64,000 nt of DNA from Lama glama (taxonomy: Eukaryota), in assembly GCA_028534125.1 (NCBI GenBank), contig CM052816.1, positions 101,930,001-101,994,000 on the forward strand, written 5' to 3'. Position 1 is the first letter of the stretch, and every line of letters begins with the position of its first letter. The notes below the pieces were generated by a model. It was not told the DNA's origin. It did no database searches and worked only from the letters and a program-made list of their open reading frames with translations. The translations under genes were made by a program, and so were the position numbers. This document shows positions 1 through 13,300 of this stretch, in pieces.

Positions 1-737
1 GAAGCCAGAACAAGCCTGCAGAAAGCGCCTTGGAGGGGCAGAGGCTGGCCAGACACCACGCTCAGCATTGCAGGTGCCTTGAAGAGGGGACGCTGAGAGG
101 AACCGGCAAACAGAACTGCAAGGAAACCAAGACGTCTGAGAGGAAGGAAGAACTCTCAAGCAGGGTAAACACTGAAGGCGAGAAAACCTGTGCTGAAGTG
201 GAGGAAGCCCGGTGACACCGAAGATGGAACAGGAGGAAAATGAGTGAGCCAGCAGCAAGCGCGGGATCCAGGAAACCCCAGAGTTCCCAGAGCAGGGGGC
301 CGGGGCTGGCCAGGGAGGTGCTCTGAGGCCCTGGGTGGGCGAGCGCCCAGTGAGAAGCAGGGCGCAGGCCGAAGTCAAGAGCAGGGCAGAGCAAGCTCTC
401 GACTGCACCCATGAAGCTAAATGACCCAGAGTCACCACTGGGAAGACAAGCTACTGAGAAGAGTGAAGCCAGAAAAGGTATCATCGGACACGCAGGTCTT
501 TCTCCAGAAAGCCCTGAAGCATGTTTATAACAAAATACATGATGTATAAGAAATAACAGGCCCTGCAGGACAGGGAATTGGCCCCACAGGGTGGAGGAGG
601 AGGCCGAGGAGACCCCACTCCAGGACTTCCCAAGGACAGAGGAGCCCCAGGCGGGGCCGCCTCCAGGCCGGGGCATCCTGAGCCAGCCACACTCCAGGCG
701 GCCACCACCAGGCCTGGCCAGCTGGTCAGGCTCTTAC

Positions 738-848
738 CTGTGCTCCTGCCCAGGGGTGCTGGCAGTCTCTCGTTCCCTTCCCTGAAGCCTGGATAAGCTG
801 CGTCACCGTCTCCCACCAGCTGGGCCCCTGCTGGCCCATGGCGGGGAG
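738..848 (-). other. Candidate 111-nt in-frame cassette exon
   Basis: Pyrimidine-rich acceptor ...aactccag, strong donor CAG|gtaaga, phase 0 to 0, no stop; no homology recognised. Confidence 0.25.
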
Positions 849-1264
849 CTGGAGTTGTTTGTGGGGAGACCAGGGAGGGAAAATACACAGCATACACACC
901 CTACCGGGTCTGCTGGCCCTCCTGGGGACTCCTACCCTGCCTGCCCCATGGCAAGCTGCCACCAGAGGGACGCAAAGGCCACAAGCATCCAGCGTCTCCC
1001 AGTCCCTCTTCCTGTCGCCCAATGTTGCCGGCCGTGCGGGGGCTCCAGGCTACACACTCGTAACTTGGACTTAGTGCTTCATGGAATAATACAGATTTCA
1101 CTTGAAAATACATACAAACTTTTAAAAAGCCTTATATGCCTATGTATGTGAAAAGACTCTAGATTAAAATACTGAGTGTTACACCAGTCATTTTAGGTGG
1201 CAGAGACCAACCTGGTCCCATACTTCCTGGAGCCCTGACTGGTTGCCTCCCCGTGGACACTGAC

Positions 1265-1385
1265 CTGGTCACCTCCTTCCTGTAGACTCTCCAGCTCCTG
1301 CAGACACCTGTTGGATGCAAGGACCAGCCTGTGGACCTCCTCGTCCACTTGGTTGTACAGCCTGGAGGCAGCCTCGACAGCATCT
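1265..1385 (-). CDS. PLEKHG4B: PLEKHG4B coding exon 11 ([40 protein letters not shown])
   Basis: Acceptor tctctttccag, donor CAG|gtcagt, 121 nt, phase 2 to 0. Confidence 0.92.
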
Positions 1386-4300
1386 CTGGAAAGAGAAGGC
1401 AGCAGTCGGTGTGGTGTCCTGATCACCTGTTTGTTCACAGCCAGTCCCCAGGCAACATCTGTTGTGACCACCTGGTTACAAACACAACTGCACTCTCTAC
1501 ATCTAACAGAAATGGAAGCCAGAGGAGGCTCACGGCCCAAGCAGGCCCACAGACTGCGAGCTGTGATGCCCCACCAGCCATGGGCTCAGACACTGCACTG
1601 GTGGCAGAGGAAGGCGGGTGGGTGGACCCAGCACCACGAGGGAATGACGAGGAAGCACTCGCTTAGGACAGACTGCTGCTGAATCCCATGAAATGAACTC
1701 TGTCTCTACTTGAGCCCTAGAGGAATCTGCTAGGTTCCCTTGGTTCTGGAGGGAATTGAGCTCTAGTCAGTCACAGAGTGTCCGTCAGGGGAATGGAGGT
1801 TTGAACTCCTTGGAGACACTGCATGTGATGGAGATGGGCCTCCCCTGACCAGGCAGAGCACTGGGAATCGCCATGGGTGGGCTGCAGTCCAGCGCGGCTC
1901 TGGGGGACACTCACCGGCAGTCTTGGCCGGCACCACAGCCCTCCCTTCTCAGCTGGGCCAGCACGGTGCCACCTTCCAGCCGGAGGGCCACCAACAGTGC
2001 GTCCTCCAGGACATGCTTCATCACTGCCTTGTGCCTGCTGATCAACACTGCGACCTCCTGCACAGGGTGGGAGAAACATGCATGGAACTCCTCCTCCAGG
2101 CCACTCCTCTTAAGCCTAGTACTACGTGGACATGTTGGCTCCGACCCATGTCCCTTCTCCTTCAACTGAGCTTAAAGTGCGGCGGGTTGGGCACACCCAC
2201 ACTTGCCACCCTGGACCAGCAGGAAGGCTGCACAGCCTCAGATGCCCTCGGCCAAGGGAAGGAAGGGCTTGAGGGCAGGTAGAAAGAGGAGAGCTTGAAG
2301 GCAGCAGCAAGAGACCCTGGCATTTAGATGAGGCCAGCGGATTTCACCGCATACCCTGGGCACCGTCTCTAGGCCCTGGGTCCCTAAGCCATCGAGGTCC
2401 CTCCCACCTGTCCACCTCTGTGTCTCACTCCTAACAGCAATTACTTGTGCCTCGGCGGCGCATCAGCAAACGTAGAGGTGGTGTTTCTCTTCTGGGCGGA
2501 GTGGGACTTTTATGGTCACAAAGGGGAGGAAGTGGTTTGGAAGATTTTTGCTAATTGAAAGGGATATAGAGTCAAAACAGGCTCAAAAATTTCCACTGTA
2601 AATGATGGTTTTGGCCAAACCTCTGTGTTCCCACCCACCTGTCAAATAAAACAAAATGCACAAGAACCTACCTGTGCTGTGCTCAGGGTCCTGGGGGTGT
2701 TCAGGGAGCAGACTGAGTGTCGTAGGAAAACAATGGCCTCCTCGCAGTTTGTGGTGAAAGGGTCCAGCTTCTGTTGAGGTTTGAGAGGCAGGAGACAGAA
2801 ATGCAGGTTCTGTTAGGTGCTGAACCAGCAGTAGCGAGTTCCCAAGTTGTAAAGCCTGCTGTCCAGTCGCCCAGTGACCTCCAAGTGTCCACAGAAGCCT
2901 CTGCTCTGCCCAGGGCTGGGTGTCTTGAGCCCGCCACTGTGCAGCTGTCCAGAAACAGACTGCGGATGGTGACTGTGACTCAAGGGGGTGACAGCCTTTT
3001 CTGATTTGAGTGAACACATGCATCCGAGGAGAAGCCCAGGGGACTGGCCCAGGCAGCAGCTGTGAGCTGCATCTTACCTGACGGAAGCAGAGCCAGGCAC
3101 TGTGGCTGTAGGGAAAGGAGCCCTCGAGATCTGCAGTCAGCTGGGAGCAGTCGATGAGTCTGTGCAGGGCCTTCAGGGAGCCCACGAGCTCACACTGCCA
3201 AGGACAGGCGTTCACTGGTCACGGCCACAGAGGCAGCTCTCAGGAAAACCCCTAGAATGGCTCACTCCTAGGAGAACTGGTCTTCCTAGGCTGAGGGCAT
3301 TGAGAGGCGAGTTTGGGGTTCAGCTATCCTGCCTGCTGGCAGCACTACTGGAGGGCATGTGACTGGGGACAGGTGTGAAGGTGAGACGTGAAAGGAGAGG
3401 GCAGCAAAGAGAAATGAAGGAAAGGCCAAAGGAATGGAGAAATCAGGGAAGAAGAGAAGGAAGATGCTGACAGGAAAAGGCAGAGGACACATCACAGATG
3501 AGCTACCCCTGGTCTGGCACGTTGCCCCTCCCCACACAGACCCATTACGCCTGCTGAGTGTCATGACACCCATCTGAGAGCTCTGCAGGGTGAGCACAAC
3601 CCGGCTACGGTGGAGGCAGCTGAACCTGTGTAAAAGGACCAGCGTGGGCGGCTCCTCGCTTTTGTGGCTTTGGTCTGAAGGCAGGTGGCCAATATGGTGG
3701 GGCTGGTGTAGCTGAAGCTCAGATAGAAAATGGGCATCTTTCTGGCCTGAACAGCCAGAGGATTGAGCTGTGGTAGAAAGTGAAGGTCAGTTTCCACAGC
3801 GGAGAAAGCAGGGGAAGGGAGCTCCAGCCGTGTGTAGCTGGACCCACACAGCTGATCGTTCTCAGTCTAATCAAGCAAACGCTCACTAAAACAGCATTCT
3901 ATGAAAGTTTGTAACAGGATCCAGTTTCTACAATAGGATGCTGACAATGTCCAGGATACAATCCAAAATTACTTGACTTACAAAGAACCAGGAAAACGTG
4001 ACACTCTGAAGGGAAAAGATGATCGACAGAGACCAACCCAGAAGAGACACAGACATCAAAACTAGACAAGGACTTAAAATTTAAAGCAGCTATTACAACT
4101 ATGCTTGATGATATACAGGAAAAATGTTTGAAATTAATGAAAGGATAGGAAATCTTTGCAGAGGTACAGAAAATGTATTTTAAAACCCACTGAAAATTTT
4201 ATAGCTGAAAAATACAATAGCTGAACTAAAAAAATTCACTGGATGGGCTAAAGAGCTGAGTGAAGATGACAGACGTGAAGATACATCAATAGAGACAGTC

Positions 4301-7300
4301 TGATCTGAAGAAGAGAGAAGAAAAGAGTGAGGAAGGGGGGAGGGTATAGCTCAAGCGGTAGAGCACAAGCTTAGCAAACAGAAGGCCCTGGGTTCAATCC
4401 CCAGTCCCTCCTCCAAAAATAAACAAGCAGATCTAACTACCTCCCCCCACCAACATAAATAAATAAATAAATAAAATACATTAAAGACATTTAAAAAATT
4501 AAAAACAGAAAAACCTCCAGATTCTCAAAGGTTTATGGGACAGTATCAGCAACGTATATGTAATTTAAATCAAGAGAAAAGAGAATGAGGCAAAAAAGAC
4601 TCTTTAGAAATGATGACTTAAAACTTCCTAAATTCGGTGATAAGCATAAAAGTAAAAGTTCAAGAGTTCAGCCAAACCTAACAGTATTAAGTAAGAAGAA
4701 ACCAAGCTGAGTCACATTACAGTCCATTTGCTAAAAAGAAAGAGAAAATCTTAGAAGTAGGTTTCCTACAGATGAGCAATTTTTGATTCACTATGAACTT
4801 TTCATCAGAAACTATGCAGGCCAGAAGACAACAGGACAACATCTTTAAAGCCCTGAAAAACAAACAAGCAAACAAACAAGAAACCTACTGTCAAGCCAAA
4901 CTCTACACCCAGCAAAAATATCCTTCAGGAACGAAGGCTAAGTGGGGGAGGGTATAGCTCAGCAGTGGAGCACATGCCTAGCGTGCGTGAGGTCCTGGGT
5001 TCAGTCACCAGTACCACCATTAAATAAACAAATAAATAAATCTAATTGCTTCCCCCCAACCAAAATAAATAAATAAAATTAGACTGCTTTAAAAAGGAAA
5101 AAGAATGAAGGCAAAGTAAAGACGTTTTCAGATAAAAGAGAAAGAAGCAAGAAGAAAGAGGAGGAAAGAAAACGAAAGAGGTTGAGAAAAAAGACCAGAT
5201 ATTTAAAAGTTTTCTGCTATTATGCTCTGCAGGACACCTACAAGAATTCAAGGGATCGGAGACATGTTTCTAGCTTCCTGTACGGATGCAACCAGAACCT
5301 ACAGAAACTCTTCAATACGTTTTCTCTCATCCAGGTGCCTGACTATCCCGTTTTATGCATCACTCAGCGCCACCTCTTATGCTGAGGGTCTAAAACCATT
5401 ACCTGAATTATTGCATCCTTGTCAGGCCTGAATGCTGATTCTTTCTCCACCAATAGCAAAATACTATGGATTATGGGAGGAGATGTGTTCTGAAATTAGA
5501 AAGAAATATTGATTCACTCTCTAATTTTTAACTTCACTGAGCTAATAGAATTGTCCAATTTTAATTGGTTCTACTTCTATTTTGATATTTTCCCAAAGAA
5601 GCTAGAACACATAAAATGTACTTGCTTTTGCTCTGAGTGTGAAGTATTTGCCCTTACGAATTTGTAATCAGGTTTACTGGTTATAATTTACATAAAGTAA
5701 AATTCATCCTTTTTGGTGTACAGTTCTCTAAGTCTTGACATAACTTATAGTCATGTCAGCACCACCACCATCAAGATAAAGAGCAGTTTGGCTCCCCCTC
5801 CAAATTTTTTCACATGCCTTAGTAGTCAGGCCCCTGGCAACCAGCGATCTGTTTTCCGTCTCAATAAATTTGCCTTTTCCAGATGTCATAAAACAGACTC
5901 ATGCAGTACTGGCTTCTCTCACTTAGCATGGTGCCCTGAAGTCCATCCAAGTTGCTGTGAGATCAGTGGTCATTCCTCCCACAGCTGGGTCGTAGCCCAC
6001 CAAACACAGGCATCCATTCAGCAGATGGAGTACATGTGGGTTGTTTCCGGGGTTGTTTTTTTTTTTTTTTGGTTTTTTTTGCTTTTTAAAAAATTTGTTT
6101 TCATTTTTATTACTATTTTTAATTGAAGTGAAGTCAATTACCATGTGTCAATTTCCAGTGTACAGCACAATGTCCCAGTCATGCATGTACAGACATACAT
6201 TTGTTTTTATATTTTTCCCATTAAAGGTTATTACAAAATATTGAACATAGTTCCCTGTGCTGTACAACAGAAACCTTTTTTTAAAATCCATTTTTATGTA
6301 TAGTGCCTAACATTTGTAAATCTCAAACGTTTCTGGTTTTTGACGATCATAAACAAAGCCGCTGTAAATGCTGTGTTTCCATTTCTTTTCTGTAAGAGTC
6401 CAGCCATGGATACTTAGCTGGGAGCTAAGTAAGTGTGTGTTCAGCTTCTGAAGAGACAGCCAAACAGTCTTCCCGAGTGGCCACGCTGCCCTGCGCTCCG
6501 CCAGCAGCACACCGAGCTCTTATTCTGGCACGTTTGTGGTGGTTGTGTGTGTGATTTCATTTTGGTTTTAAGGTGCATTTCTCCAGTGACTGATGATGTT
6601 GAGCATATTTTTATGTGCTTACTTGCCGTTTATCAATCTTTTTTGGGGAAGTGTGCTCAAATTTTTATTTTGCCCACATTTTACTGGGTTGTTTGTTTTC
6701 TTATTATTGAGTGTTAAGACTTTATATATACTGGGTTCAAGTCCTCCATCAGATACATGTTTTGCAAACATTTTATCACAGTCTTGGCTCTGCATTTTCA
6801 TTTTGGCTAGTGTCTTTTGAGGAGAAGTTTTACATTTTGATGAAGCCCAATTTATCATTTTTTTTTATGGATTATGCTATTGTGGTTGAGCTAAGAAATA
6901 CTTGCCTAAACCCAGGTCATGAAGATTTTCTGTTTTCTTCTGGTGGCTTTGTAGTTTTAGATTTTACATATAGGTCTATGACCCATTTTCAGTTAATTTT
7001 TGTACATCATATGAGGTATGTGTTGAGGATTTCTTTTTTTCCTTTTCTTTTGCATACAGGTGTGCAATTGTTCCAACTCTACTGGCTGAAAAAAATCTTA
7101 CTTTTTGATGTGTCTATGACTTTAATCTAACCTCCTTGGTTTCTGTTTGCTAGATTATATTGAGGCCAGATCATTCAGCAATAAAATGCTTTTATGTACC
7201 CAGAGTTTCTTCACTTATATTTCCTAAGGCTTTATTTTTTAACACTTTCTTGTAGTGATAAATTTTAGGCTTTTCTGTTATCCCCTGTTTTGAAAGGAAC

Positions 7301-10300
7301 TTACTAGATGGGCCTCAGAACTAACTGATGTCTTGTTGGCAATAAGTCCATCGTATATACTTAGATCTTTGTTAAGTGGCTTCTTGTGCACGACGCTCTG
7401 TAAATATCTGTTGAATGCATAAGCCATAGAAAAGCCATAGAAAGACCATCTTGCTTTCTTATTTTAGAGCCATATTCTGTTTCTCTCATTCAGTTTAGCT
7501 AAAATTTTGAGTTATCAGGCATTAAAACTACAAACAGTTTGGCAAAGTGTTTTATATTTCTCATATATTCCTATTTGAGTGAATTTTCACTATTAGGATG
7601 TTACTATTGCAAAGAGAATTACTGTTAATTCTCAGAAAAGTGAGAACAGTTAGTGCTTTATGACAATCACTATGTTAATTCACAGTTACATGTTGAGAGT
7701 GGGGCAGGAATGAGCAAATTCTTAAAATTTTTTTCCACCGAGAAAAAATAAAATTTTTTTAAATGGAAGGCTTTTATCATATCTGAACTTTAGTAATTAA
7801 ATAAATTTGAAGTATACTTACTTGAGGTAAATGTGAAAAAGAGTTGAAATTTTTGCCCTCTGTAAAAATATTTACTTTTTTACATCCCTCAAAAATTAAA
7901 CTGAAAATGGACACGTGACCCTTAAATTTCAGTTTGTTGTTACCCCTTCTTTTGTGTGGGTCACAATCTTGCTGTCAGCAGAGCAACGTCCTCAGGGAGG
8001 TCTGAACGCCAGTTTTAAAGAATCGTTCTGTCCAGATGTGGAACGGAATTGGGTTTTGGCTCGCACCCCGTTACAAAGCTCCTTAGACTATTTGCTTGTG
8101 ATAGAAGTCCGCGATGTAGCTTATGTCTCCCCGGCTCCCAGCTTCTGCTCTGGGAGACACGTGGGTGGACAGGGACTGTCTCTCTCTGGGCTTGTCTTCT
8201 CCGTGGGACTCAAGGGGCCCAGGATTTAGGGGTAGTCTGTACAAAATAAATGCTGGGAAAACCGGTAAGCAGAAAGGTAGGTGCTTCTGGGCTGATTTGT
8301 CCAGTCTGCCTAGAGCTCAGATCGGCAGCTGACGGTGGGCCCATCTGGGGCTCGCGCAGGTGGGGAAGCGCTGCAGACTCTCCACAAAAGACTCAGTCGT
8401 CTCTGTTTGAAGCTGACACTTGATTTTCCTTGCTCCTTGGCATTGCCAATATTTATGTTTTTGTCGAATGCCAAAGGAGCAAAACCACCAAGTCCTCCGG
8501 CTTCAGGAAATGCCTGTGGAAGTGTGTGGGTATGGGCGTGCACCTGCGTCTCCTGCTTGTGCTGCCCTGCTTTGCTCCCAGTCCAGCACACAGCACACCC
8601 AGCATGCACACGGACCAGCACGCACATGCCATGGCACACACACCTCTCCTCTTACCTGGAACTTTGGGTCGTCTCCCCAGGCCTCTCCGGCCAGGCCCAC
8701 CCAGCCCCTGCCCTGCGCACAGCCTGTCTGCAGGGCTCCCAGTTCCTACTGTTTCATCTCTAGCGGACCAGATTCGCCCCAACCTTGTCACTGAATCTTT
8801 CCTTGAAAGAACTCCTGTTCAGTGTTCCCAAAACTTAGGAACTGGGGGGAGAACAGTGAGCTGGCTGCACCATTAGCAGAGACAGAACTTGAGGAGCTCA
8901 GAGAGCCTGTGGAGCAGCTGGACAGGCTTCTGGGCACCTGTGAGAGCCCAGACCCCCGCGCCGTGCTGGGTGCACAGGGGCCCCTATACACAAATCTAAG
9001 GGAGACAAAATTTTCAGGCTCCTGTCTGGCTCTGGGTCCCTGAGACATCCCAGTGGTGCCTCTCTCCCCATTCCAAAGACTCCCATTTCCCTCTGGATTT
9101 TACTTATGAACTGGAATCCAGGATGGGGCTCCCTGAGGCCACTGCTAGACCACCTCCCTGGACCCCATCCCAGAGGGCTCTCAGGAGTCCTGGGCACCAA
9201 AGTCCAGGGCCCTCTCCCCACCGTGAGCAGCAGCTGCCTCTCCAGGCTTCTGTCCCTGTCTGGGAGGTGACAGACCACCCTGCACCCCGACTTAGTCAGA
9301 CGTTAGACATGGACATGCTGTGAAGGGAAGGTCACTACCATTCCTGCCAAGTCAGGACACGAGCCTGCATGACTGATCCTGGCCAGCTGGGCTGGTAAGG
9401 TTTGCAGCAAGACCCGGAGGGGGCACGTGGTCCAATGGGGACAGGAGAGGGCTCTCTGCTCTGTTCCTTCTGAGCTCAGGCCCTCCCCACACCTCCAGGT
9501 CCAGGCAGAGGGAGCTCTGCTGCAGTTCCCCTGCACCTGAAGAGGCTCAGGCCCCAGGACAGGACTGACTGACTCACCTGCAGTGCTGCCAGGGCCTGCA
9601 AGAGGGCAGGGGTGGCCAGCCTCTTGCGTGCGTCCACCAGGATGACCAGGCCCCGCTCCCGTACCTCTTTCCTGGAGAAAGAAAGGCAGGAGGTATTAAA
9701 TCTCTTCCAGAACGAGTTTCTCCATCGCTGGAGGGGACGCATCCCCTCCCAGATCCTGGCTCCAGAAGTTCAGTACTTGACTTTTCATACATCAGCCTTC
9801 TCCTCCTGAGGAATCAGCTTCTTATCAGCTGGAGGCAGGGCAGAGAGGACTCACTGCAGCGGACGCATCTCCAGGCCAGGGAAGCGCCACGTCTGCGGGG
9901 TTACCATCTCCCTTGCCCACTGCACTGCCCCCAGGGGCAGCTCTGGGTGGACGAGGCAGGCCTTTGTCAGAAGACCAGGGCTCCAGAGCTTCCTTCACTA
10001 GCCTGTCTGTTGGGGTGTCACTGACCCAGAGCTGATGCAGGACTGCAGAGCAGCCCCTGAAACTAAACATCTCGCCACCTGCTTTTGAAATCCCCGTTTA
10101 AAAGCTTTGTCTCTTGTGAGTGTGCGGAAGCTCCTGTTCTAAATTCGGGAGGAAAGAATAACAGGCTGGCAGTTGATACATTCACTCTTCAAAGGTTTCG
10201 GTGTTCCCCGGGATCTGTCTCCAGCCCTGACTCCAGCATCAGTTAGCATTCTACTTCAGGTGTACGTTTGGATGCTAGTCTTTAACGGGACATGCAGCAC

Positions 10301-13300
10301 TCACTGAACCGGGGGCGTGACGTCCACTCACACAAAAGCGGCAGAATCACACCGACTTTTAGTGCCGAGTCCCTGTTTGCCCCGAGTCAGGCTGTGTTCA
10401 TTGTGGGGTATGAGTGCTCAAGAACATTTTGAAGGGTGTTTCCTGGGGAAGACCAGTTCCTGAGGACAGAAGTGGAGCTGCAGATCAAGGATGGACGCAC
10501 CAGCACTGACTGCTCTGGGAGGCCCAGGCGGGAGCAGGTGGTGGGCGCGGAGTCCCTGCCCCGAGGCCTTCTCCTTGCAGTCCTGGTCAGTTCTGCCAGG
10601 AGCTGGGCACCACACTTCACTTCCTCGGGGGCCCAGTGCTACTCGGGGCAGGGATGGCTAGATCTCGCTCTGTTGTGGGCCCCCATCCCTGGGGTTTTCC
10701 TTCACCCACAAAGTCGACTGCACCCCAGAGTCTGCGTCCAGCAAGTGGCCTCTGGCAGGACCACAGCTTCTCCTCCGCAATCGTCCGCTTGGTGACTGTG
10801 TTGGGAGATCACCCTGCCCTTCCTGGGTCAGATAGCTGCCAGACCCTGGTCCTGAGCGCCCCAGACAGACCCTTTATTCACTCCTGCAGCCATGCTGGCA
10901 CTGGATTAGAAGGGAGGAAACTGCCCGTGAACTCCCAGACCAGATCCGCTTCTGTTCTGCTGCCCACCCCCCTGCCCCCATGGTGGACAGAGTGGCCTCT
11001 TAGCCCCTCTGCTTCCTGCCTTGGTCCACCTGCAGGCTTCCCCAGTCTGGCCCCTGGGGTCCCTGGTCATCTGTGCACACCACTCCTGGGCGTCCAGTCT
11101 GCATTTCTGCAGAAGCCACAGAACTGCCCTGCTACCACTGGCCCCTCAGCTGCCACACACCATGGTTCTGGCCCAGGAAGGCCTGCTGCCTCTACAGTGT
11201 CCTTCATCCTCACTCACCGCCTGCGTCAGGGCCGTGTCCTGACTCAGAAAGTGGCCGACTGCCCAGGAGCTTTGTGTCTGCAAACACTTGCCCACCTCCA
11301 GGACGCAGAGCGTGTTTGGAGGTCCAGCCAGGCTGTGGCTGCGGCTCCTCCCAAGCTCCGTGGGCTTGTCTCACGCTGGGGGCTGTGATCACTTGGGTCC
11401 ACACACGTGTCTCCTTCGGAGCTTCTGTGTTCCAAGTAAGTGTCGGCAGAGGGATGGACAGGTCAATTCCTGCACCCACAGGAGGCTGGATGAGTGGCAG
11501 CCAAGACCCTTTCCAAGGCGCCACATATCCGAGACTGGCATGGCGGTCTGTCCCCAAGGCACGCTCTCAGAACACATCTGCGGGAGCCGGGAGTGAGACT
11601 CTGCAGGATGCACCTCCCCAAGACGCTGACATCCCAGGTACCTCATGGCTTCTCAAGGTGCTGCTCATCGTCAGGATGTAACAAAGTGACAGCACTTGTG
11701 GGAAACAGTCAGCCAAACCCTGAGGCTCCAGAACGAGCTTCCCGAAGTCTTTAGAGATGTTTTCCTCCCAGCGCTTCATGAGCTGGTGAGGGGAGGTGGG
11801 TCTCCACTGGCTGCAGCGAAGTGGAAAAGCGGGGGGCTGGCCCCCTAGCTGGAGCCCTGGCCCCGCAGGCTCCATGGCAGTCCCACTCCTTTATCTTGGG
11901 CATTTCACTGCCAGGCAGAGAGCACTGCACACAGCTCAGAAGCTAAGCATTTGGAAGGGTGTGGCCCCAACAGGCCTTGTCAGTCGGAGATGTTCCCTGT
12001 CACGGCCGAAGGAGAGCTCCTGGTAAACAGAAAATGTCGTTATCCCACGCTTTGGAGGTGTTTCCTGGAGGCTTATAGAGCAGGAACTAATGCAAGGATG
12101 AAACTAGTTTTTTTCAGAGATGCTTTATGATATTTTGCAACCTGTACTGAAGGATGTTTCAAATCCTAGGCTCATCTGAAGGCAGTAAAACCAAGCGCTG
12201 CAGATGACGGGAAGCCTGGCTCCATGAAGGAGTCTAGGAGGATACCTTGATTCCTTTTCTGCCTGCATGCTCCCACACCGATTGTACCTGTGCTACTTCA
12301 GAAGGCATTTCAACATAAAGTCGATAAACCATGAAGAGGTGCGGTTACATGGAACATTCCTGCGTCACGTGGGGGTGCACCAGGTCCACGTTCCTAGACG
12401 TGCTCCATCACCCAACATGCTCTCACATGAGGTCACGTCACCTGATAGTGCGTCACGTGGCTTTGGTCTTGGGACTGCGTGGAGATTTTTTCCAACCCCT
12501 GAAGCACACCTGTGAGACAGACAGCTGCCACCATCCCATGTCATTCGGAGCCAGGGTTCAAACCTGGACAGTTGACCTAGAACTGAGTTGCTCAGGACTG
12601 AGCCCTGGGGACTGCCTCCACCCAGCACCACGGGGGCTCCTGGTCTGACAGCTGTGAGGTCTAAGCGTGTCTGCACCTGACGGGATTGAGGGGCCCTGAA
12701 TAATGCACTTTAAACATCCTTGACCTCAGTTCTCCTGTCTACCCCCATCTTCACCTTTGGTCCATGGAGAGCCCCGAAGGAGGCTGCACGTCTGCTTCCT
12801 CACGCAGGGTCAGGAGGAGTTCCCCTGGAATTCCACACCAGGGAGATATGTCTCTTGAGATTTCTTGGCACGTAGCACTGCTGACTGCTCGGAGGCCCAG
12901 TGATAAACACCAGTCTCAGTTAGCATGATTTGGTCCTTCCTGCTTCCTGGTACCAAGTACCTCCTCCCTTTTATTCTAAATATTCTCTTTGTATCGGCTC
13001 ATGTCCTAATCAAGGCCACTTCAAATCTATTTTAGAATGAGGTGGTGTATAAACATGTGAATAAAGGATGCTTGGAGCAATGCAGACTTCAAGGCCAGAG
13101 TGTGGCAGAGCCTGACTGGGAGGAGAGGGGTTCAGTGGTGTGTGGGGACAGCCGAGGGCCCAGAATGAGGGGGAGATGGGAGATGGAGCTGGCGGCAGTG
13201 GCACCAGACTGCAGAGCCCAGGAGCCCCCGAGGTTACACCTCTTGTGGGTTCACCCCCAAAGGGTCTGAAAGGTGGCGGCTGGCACGGTCCCACCTGGGG

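Larger units (their letters stand above)
3880..5200 (+). mobile_element. Old L1 5'/ORF1-region remnant interrupted by two SINEs
   Basis: A-rich degenerate L1 ORF1-like motifs (aaagcagctattacaactatg, ttttcatcagaaactatgcaggccagaagac, cccagcaaaaatatccttcag). Confidence 0.7.

Noticed and set aside
4335..4415. tRNA gene call for this head and the one at 4944
   Set aside because: Each is followed by a SINE body and A-rich tail, one has a TSD, and the tRNA-like heads are degenerate, so they are SINEs.
10636..11681. 250-aa and 202-aa plus-strand ORFs in intron 5
   Set aside because: No recognisable domain, non-ATG starts, and GC-rich composition.
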